Shown: positions 58,045-64,000 of the stretch, in pieces | Position numbering within the stretch: the first letter of the stretch is position 1 | How the letters are laid out: every line of letters starts with the position of its first letter | Assembly (NCBI GenBank): GCA_963674535.1 | Contig: OY771363.1 | Span: 177,335-241,334, forward strand | Direction of reading: 5' to 3' | Length of the DNA: 64,000 bases | Source of the DNA: Christensenellaceae bacterium | GTDB lineage: Bacteria > Bacillota > Clostridia > Christensenellales > CAG-138 | Position numbers and translations under genes: made by a program | Notes under the pieces: generated by a model | Database searches by the model: none | Told to the model about the DNA's origin: nothing | The model's input: only the letters and a program-made list of their open reading frames with translations

Positions 58045-58121
58045 TGGGAGCATGCTAAAATAAAAGACAATCTGCTAAGATGGAAGGAACAGAAAACAGA
58101 TCCAGAAATCGGAGGCAGGAA

Positions 58122-58403
58122 ATGGGAGAGATCAGGCAGAAATACGACGAGGACTTCAAGAAGAATGCGGTTAAATTATCGCATGCAAGCCCAAAGGCTG
58201 TGAGAGAAATAGCAGAAGATTTAGGGATCCATGAAAATCTGCTTTACAACTGGCGACGGAAATACACGTCGGATGGCGACAAGACGAAGTACGCGACGCT
58301 GGAGGAAGAGAACCGAGCGTTGCGAAGGGAGCTGGCGGAGACCCGAATGGAACGTGACATGCTAAAAAAAGCAGCGGCCTACTTCGCGAGTCACCAAAAA
58401 TAA
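58122..58403 (+). CDS. IS3-family OrfA
   Basis: MGEIRQKYDEDFKKNAVKL...IAEDLGIHENLLYNWRRKY...leucine zipper. The AAAAAAAG slippery run at 58364-58371 lies near its 3' end. Confidence 0.85.
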   Translation: MGEIRQKYDEDFKKNAVKLSHASPKAVREIAEDLGIHENLLYNWRRKYTSDGDKTKYATLEEENRALRRELAETRMERDMLKKAAAYFASHQK

Positions 58404-58459
58404 GATATCGATTTATACAGGGACATCCTGAGCACCCTGTTGCGAAGTGGGCCGGGATA

Positions 58460-59281
58460 TTGCAGGTAGGACGAACGAGTTATTATGCCTGGCTCCGGAA
58501 CCGGGAAGTTTCTGAAAAACGAAAAGAGCATTTAAAGAAGCGAATCAAAGAAGCATTCACAGGAAGCAGAGGCACCTACGGACCAGACAGAATCATTGCT
58601 GAACTTCGGAAAAGAGGCGAACGGCTTGGGCGGGTGAAATGCAGGGATCTGATGCAAGAGATGTCCCTGACTTCATGTCACAACAGGCACAAAACCAAGA
58701 GTCTGACGAACAGCAAAAAAGCGCGAGGCGATGGATATCCAAATATTCTCAGGGAACAGGAGTTCCCGATCGCAGCACGAATGGGACTGACAAGCGATAT
58801 CACCTACCTGAGGACAGCCGAGGGATTCATGTATCACTGTGTCATCCGGGATATCGTAACAGGCGATGTGCTGGGAGATCACATGTCGGACCGGATGACG
58901 AAGAAACTCGTACTCAATGCGATCATGGCTATGCTGGCGCGGCATGAACTGGCCAAGGGATGCATCTTTCACAGTGACAGAGGCAGCCAGTATACTTCAA
59001 AAGCTGTGATGGGCTTGCTGCAGCAGTATGGACTGCGTCAGAGTTTCTCGCGAGTCGGGATGCCGGGAGACAATTCATGGTCGGAAAGCTTCTTTGCGAC
59101 AATGAAAAAAGAGATGATACACTGGACGCACTACGAGACGAAAGAAGCCGTCCGGGCGGCAGTGTTTGAATACATCTATTGTTTCTACAATGTGATGAGA
59201 ATCCAGAAACGGCTCGGCTACATGTCGCCGAGGGAATATCTCAGATCATTGCAAACAGACCGGCTGGCGAAGGTAGCTTAG
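58460..59281 (+). CDS. IS3-family OrfB (DDE integrase core), expressed by -1 frameshift from OrfA
   Basis: In the -1 frame relative to OrfA. ...TSDITYL..., HSDRGSQYTS, GDNSWSESFFATMKKE. Confidence 0.85.
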   Translation: MQVGRTSYYAWLRNREVSEKRKEHLKKRIKEAFTGSRGTYGPDRIIAELRKRGERLGRVKCRDLMQEMSLTSCHNRHKTKSLTNSKKARGDGYPNILREQEFPIAARMGLTSDITYLRTAEGFMYHCVIRDIVTGDVLGDHMSDRMTKKLVLNAIMAMLARHELAKGCIFHSDRGSQYTSKAVMGLLQQYGLRQSFSRVGMPGDNSWSESFFATMKKEMIHWTHYETKEAVRAAVFEYIYCFYNVMRIQKRLGYMSPREYLRSLQTDRLAKVA

Positions 59282-59312
59282 CAAATTGTCTATAAAATAG
59301 TTGAAGTCCCCA

Positions 59313-62189
59313 TTGGTTTCGATTGAGGGATTGTGGGTCAATACCGCGGAACTATACGAGCATCCATTGGCAGTTAGGCGTGAAATTGGTGATATTAAAG
59401 CGAACATGTATCTTGTGCACTGGGGATTTGAAACGGCATTAAGACAAGAAAGCTATTTGGGAATGCTGCCATATTTGGATGCGGTAGAGAGAGCGGATGA
59501 AAGCATTCAAGAAAGTATAGGCGTATTATATGAGAAGTATTTGGGCCCTAAAGCGGACATTGATGAGTTGGCAGACTTGTACAATGCTTGTAAAAACAAC
59601 CGCGATGATGTCATTTCTCTTCTAGGATCCGGAAATATCGAGCAGGCCGCTACCATTAATTTGCATGATTCATCAGCGATCGATAGTGAGCATTTCATGG
59701 ATATTTCAAGTAGCATAGAGAAAATCAGCGATTTCGCATTAATGAAAGGTGACGAGTTTTACCAAGCTGCCCAAACGCAAAGAAGTCAAACTGTTTTGAG
59801 AACGGCGCTTTTCAGTACGGTGGCAGCGCTTACTCTACTTGGCATCGGCTATTTCTTAAGAAAGAGCATTATTCCTCCATTGAAAGAAATCACTGATGCA
59901 GCGGAAACAATGCACAAAGGCAAGCTGGATATCCGTGTTCAATACGAAGCGAATAACGAGATAGGCATATTATCAAAGGCGTTTAATTCCATGGCTGAAA
60001 CCATTGAAACCGAGACAGCGCATAAAGATAAGATTGCGCATATGTCTTTGGTGATGTTTTCGGAAGATTCTTTACGGCCATTTTGTCAGGAACTTTTAAA
60101 AACTCTAATGGATCTGACCGATTCACAAATAGCTGCGATCTATTTTCCAAACGAACAGAAAAACAGATTTGAACCCTATGAATCGATAGGCGCAAGTCCG
60201 GATCGCTTACCCTCATTCTCCACTTCAGGCAAGGAAGGTGAGCTTGGAGCGGCATTGGCAACAAAAGAGGTGCATCATTTAACAGAAATTCCTGCGGATT
60301 CGCAGATTGTATTCTCAACAGTCAGTGGCGAGTATCGTGCCAGAGAAATCATCACTATACCGATTGTCGGTGAAAAAGACGTGATTTCGATCATCTCGAT
60401 CGCAAGTATCAAAAGCTATTCACCGGCTTCCCTTCGGTTGATCAATAGCCTGCTCAACGAAATTTCTGCGCGGTTGAGCTCGATAATAGCGTCCCAAAAA
60501 ATTCAAGAGTTTTCCCAAATCCTTCAGGATAAAAACGCAGAACTGCAGCAACAGGCAAAGGAGCTAGAGATGCAAGCTTCTGAATTATCCGAGCAAAATA
60601 CGGAGCTTGAGCTTCAGAAAAAGCAACTGGATGAAGCAAGTCGGTTGAAGACGAATTTCTTATCGAACATGAGTCACGAGCTGCGCACGCCGCTCAATTC
60701 AGTAATTGCACTCACGGGAGTTCTAAGTCGCCGACTTGCTAACAGAATACCGGAAGAAGAACTCGGTTTCTTAGAGATCATAGAACGCAACGGAAAAAAC
60801 CTGCTGGTGTTGATTAATGACATTCTTGACATATCACGCATTGAGGCGGGACGCGAAGAGATTGAGACCGAGCAATTTTGCGTGAACGATGTCGTTGGTG
60901 AACTCGTGGAGATGATACATCCTCAGGCCGAGCAAAAATCGATTGAATTGCTGTATGATTCTGGCAATCCTATTCAGATAAGCACGGATATAGATAAGTT
61001 CCGACATATCCTGCAGAACTTGATTGGAAACGCCGTCAAGTTTACCGAGAAGGGAAGCGTCAGAGTTGTTGCCGAACTTAACGAAACGCAGATCTGTATA
61101 AAGATTTGCGATACTGGAATTGGAATTCCACAGGAGCAAATACCATATATATTTGATGAGTTTCGGCAGGCCGACGGGAGCACGTCCAGACGTTTTGGAG
61201 GCGCGGGACTTGGGTTGGCGATCTCGAAGAAATATGCAGATATGCTGGGAGGGACGATTTCGGTTACGAGTACATTGAACGTGGGATCGGAGTTTACACT
61301 GACGCTGCCCATTCACGCAGATTCAGACACATTGCATGATGCACCAATCAACCCCAAAGTTGAAGCAGCTCAGTTTTCGTCTCAAAGAGCACCCCGTCTA
61401 AATGAGCGTACCATACTATTGGTCGAAGACAATGAATCAGCAATCATTCAAATCAAAGACTTGGTAGAATCAATTGGATGTCAAGTCTTCGTTGCGCATA
61501 ACGCTGGAGAAGCATTTGACATCATTGAGCATTCGATTCCAGATGCTATGATTCTTGATCTGATGATGCCAGATGTGGATGGTTTTCGTGTGCTTGAAAT
61601 ATTGCGGAATGCGGAAGTAACGGCACATGTACCCGTATTGATTCTGACAGCAAAACAAGTAACCAAAGAAGAGCTGAAGTTCCTGAAGCGTAATAATATC
61701 CATCAGCTCATTCAAAAGGGTGATGTGAACGCCAAAGAACTCGAAAAAGCGATTTTGGGTATGCTAAATCATGTGACTGCGGAAACAGAAACGCCCACAA
61801 CAAACGCAAAACTGGTACAGGGGAAACCGGTCGTTCTCGTCACGGAAGATAATCCAGATAACATGGTCACCATTAAAGCGTTGCTCAGAGATGACTACGT
61901 CGTCTTAGCAGCGGGAAACGCGAAAGAAAGTATTGAAATGGCGTCTGAACATGTTCCTGATCTCATCTTAATGGATATCGCTCTGCCGGATGCGAGCGGA
62001 ATAGATGCATTTAAAAAGATCAGAACCATGCCAAGCTTGAACTGTGTGCCAGTGATAGCCTTAACTGCAAGCGCAATGCGCCAGGATCGTGAGGCTATTC
62101 TTGCATATGGATTTGATGGATTTATAGCAAAGCCCATCATCGAGGCAGAATTCTTCGAGAAGATTCAGGAGGTGCTGTATGGAAAGTAG
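59313..62189 (+). pseudogene. 3' portion of the hybrid sensor histidine kinase (sensor domain, HAMP, GAF-like, HisKA, HATPase, two REC domains), separated from its start by IS3
   Basis: HAMP (IIPPLKEITDAAETMHKG...), H-box FLSNMSHELRTPLNSV, N/G boxes (NLIGNAVKFT, DTGIGI, GGAGLGLAI). Two receivers (LLVEDNES...DLMMPDVDG; LVTEDNPD...DIALPDASG). Joining 58044 to 59313 is in frame. Confidence 0.8.
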
Positions 62190-63999
62190 ACCGATGAAAA
62201 TTCTGATGATAGATGATAATCAAGATAATCTAACGATTCTGAAAACGCTTATTCTGGAGGCGTTTCCGAACGCGAGCGTTCTTTCCGCGCTGAACGGACA
62301 AAAAGGACTCGAATTAGCGGCCAGTCAAGAACCTGACATTATTCTTCTTGACATCATTATGCCAGGATTGGACGGATACGAAGTTTGTCGGAGACTGAAA
62401 GCAGACGCTCGTCTTTACGACATTCCTGTGGTTTTTATCACGGCATTAAGGAGCAATAAAGAAAGCCGAATAAAAGCACTCGAATGCGGTGCCGAGGCGT
62501 TCTTAACAAAACCGATTGATGACATCGAGCTGACAGCTCAAATTCGAGCTATGCTCAAAATTCGTGACGCAAACATCCAGAAGCGTGATGATAGGCGATT
62601 CCTTGCAGCTCTCGTCGAGGGAAAAACAAAAGAATTAGTTACTGCCAATACAGAACTACAAAAAACGGTCGAAGCTCTGAAAAGCGAACAGGCACTAATA
62701 GAAGCGATATTTGACAGTATACCAGGTTATTTATATGTTTATGATGAGAGCGGGCAATTGATTAAATGGAACCAAAAGCATGAAACAATGACTGGGTATT
62801 CCACTGAAGAACTAGCCCATATGAGCCTTGATAAATGGTTTGATCAAAAGGATATTATAAAGGTTAACGCGGCAGTTCGTGATGTTTTTAAAAAAGGATA
62901 CGGTGAAGTAGAAGCATGGTTGATGCTTAAAAATGGCGGGAAAATGCTGACTCGCTCGAGCGGCGTACCACTGATTCTCAATGGGAAGAAATACTTTGCT
63001 GGGATTGGAATAGATATTACTGAACAAAAGCGTGTAGAAAAAGAACTTTTAGAGTCACAGCGAATTGCTCATTTAGGGACATGGAGTCTGGACTTACGCA
63101 CGGATCAAGTTATTTGGTCAGAAGAACTCTATAAAATGTATGGGTTCGATCCCCAATACCCACCTCCGCCCTACACTGAACACATGAAGTTATTCACTTT
63201 AGAAAGTTGGGAGAGGTTATCGAAAGCACTCGAGTACACAAGAACGTTTGGAATCCCTTACGAGTTGGAATTGCAGACTGTAATGACTGACGGAACAAAT
63301 GGATGGATGTGGGTACGTGGAGAGGCGAAGACTGATGCAGAAGGAAATATTGTTACGCTTTGGGGAGCAGCGCAGGATATCACGGAGCGTAAGAGAGTAG
63401 AAATTGAACTAAAACAAAGCGAAGAACGATTCCAACTTCTTTTTGATAAAGCGCCGCTTGGGTATCAATCTCTAGATACTGACGGTTGTTTCATCGAAGT
63501 CAATCAGCAGTGGCTTGATACCTTTGGATACAGCAGAGAAGAAGTGATTGGCAAGTGGTTTGGAGATTTTCTTTGCCCCGAATATATTGCGGCTTTCCAA
63601 GATCGGTTTCCAATTTTTAAATCGCAAGGCCATATTCACAGTGAGTTTGAAATGCTGAGCAAAAGCGGAATTCGTCTGTTTATTTCATTTGAAGGGAAGA
63701 TAGCGTATGACGCAAAAGGCGAGTTCATTCAAACCCACTGCATCCTACAAAACATCACCGAGCAAAAAGCTGCAGAAGCTGCATTGCGGGAAAGTGAAGA
63801 TCGATATAGGCTTTTACTTGATCATTTACATGTTGGTATTGTTTTGCACAATACAGATTCATCGATTTTATTCAGTAATCCCTTAGCATGTGAGCTACTG
63901 GGGCTTACGGCAAACCAAATGCTGAATAAATTTGTTTCTGATAAGGCGTGGCGCTTTTATGATACGCATGGTGAACTTCTATCTGAGGAATCTTACCCA
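62179..63999 (+). CDS. Response-regulator receiver + multiple PAS domains (3' end outside window)
   Basis: AGGAGG lies 6 nt upstream of ATG 62179. MESRPMKILMIDDNQDNL...DIIMPGLDGYEV...KP is a REC domain. At least four PAS-like units follow (ITEQKRVE, ITERKRVE, ITEQKAAE junctions). The frame stays open to nt 64000, so it is absent from the ORF track. Confidence 0.8.
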   Translation, partial: MESRPMKILMIDDNQDNLTILKTLILEAFPNASVLSALNGQKGLELAASQEPDIILLDIIMPGLDGYEVCRRLKADARLYDIPVVFITALRSNKESRIKALECGAEAFLTKPIDDIELTAQIRAMLKIRDANIQKRDDRRFLAALVEGKTKELVTANTELQKTVEALKSEQALIEAIFDSIPGYLYVYDESGQLIKWNQKHETMTGYSTEELAHMSLDKWFDQKDIIKVNAAVRDVFKKGYGEVEAWLMLKNGGKMLTRSSGVPLILNGKKYFAGIGIDITEQKRVEKELLESQRIAHLGTWSLDLRTDQVIWSEELYKMYGFDPQYPPPPYTEHMKLFTLESWERLSKALEYTRTFGIPYELELQTVMTDGTNGWMWVRGEAKTDAEGNIVTLWGAAQDITERKRVEIELKQSEERFQLLFDKAPLGYQSLDTDGCFIEVNQQWLDTFGYSREEVIGKWFGDFLCPEYIAAFQDRFPIFKSQGHIHSEFEMLSKSGIRLFISFEGKIAYDAKGEFIQTHCILQNITEQKAAEAALRESEDRYRLLLDHLHVGIVLHNTDSSILFSNPLACELLGLTANQMLNKFVSDKAWRFYDTHGELLSEESYP

Positions 64000-64000
64000 T

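Larger units (their letters stand above)
58045..59312 (+). mobile_element. IS3-family insertion sequence, apparently intact (OrfA, A7 slippery site, OrfB)
   Basis: Terminal inverted repeats TGGGAGCATGCTAAAATAAAAGACAATCTGCTAAG and (reverse complement) TGGGGACTTCAACTATTTTATAGACAATTTGCTAAG. CAT is present at both junctions (3-bp TSD; the exact end is ambiguous by 1-3 nt). Confidence 0.8.

Overview
The window looks like a Firmicutes (Clostridia-like) chromosomal segment, rich in accessory DNA. All calls come from reading the ORF track and the sequence by eye; no BLAST or HMM searches were run.

**Layout, left to right**
1. **1-14.1 kb:** a bacteriocin/RiPP-type export locus. It has a 5'-truncated C39-peptidase ABC exporter and a second NHLM-type ABC subunit, followed by a STAS protein and a BspA-type LRR lipoprotein. 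Next comes a cytoplasmic TIR + 3xFHA protein, then two or three Nif11-leader/double-glycine peptides, a PP2C phosphatase, and a Hanks Ser/Thr kinase with an extracellular Big_2/LRR region.
2. **14.1-17.9 kb:** an IS3 transposase remnant abutting copy A of a small integrative element (HTH, replication organizer, dnaB'-'xis deletion fusion, tyrosine integrase).
3. **17.9-28.9 kb:** a LacI-controlled sugar operon (split transketolase, RbsB-type ABC system with DUF2291, fucose-isomerase-family enzyme, FGGY kinase, FucU/RbsD).
4. **29.2-35.5 kb:** a decayed junction. It holds an orphan tRNA-Met 3' half, a Rieske oxygenase with an in-frame TGA, an MFS transporter, a DUF1232 gene, a complete IS256 with 8-bp target site duplication (TSD), and a truncated IS407-like IS3.
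5. **35.5-49.9 kb:** a complete type I-E CRISPR-Cas system on the minus strand. The order is cas3-cse1-cse2-cas7-cas5-cas6e-cas1-cas2::DnaQ, followed by 84 repeats and 83 spacers.
6. **50.1-51.4 kb:** a WYL regulator and a very acidic 66-aa protein, directly upstream of cas3.
7. **51.7-56.9 kb:** copy B of the integrative element, full length (adds DnaB helicase, a 94-aa ORF and an intact excisionase).
8. **57-64 kb:** a CheR-like methyltransferase, a hybrid histidine kinase split by an intact IS3 element, and a REC-multi-PAS protein running off the window.

**Best candidates for something undescribed**
- The TIR-FHA / PP2C / receptor-kinase module intertwined with Nif11-leader peptides and their exporter.
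- The WYL regulator plus acidic small protein pair sitting on cas3.
- The twin, directly oriented integrative elements that bracket about 34 kb, including the CRISPR-Cas locus.
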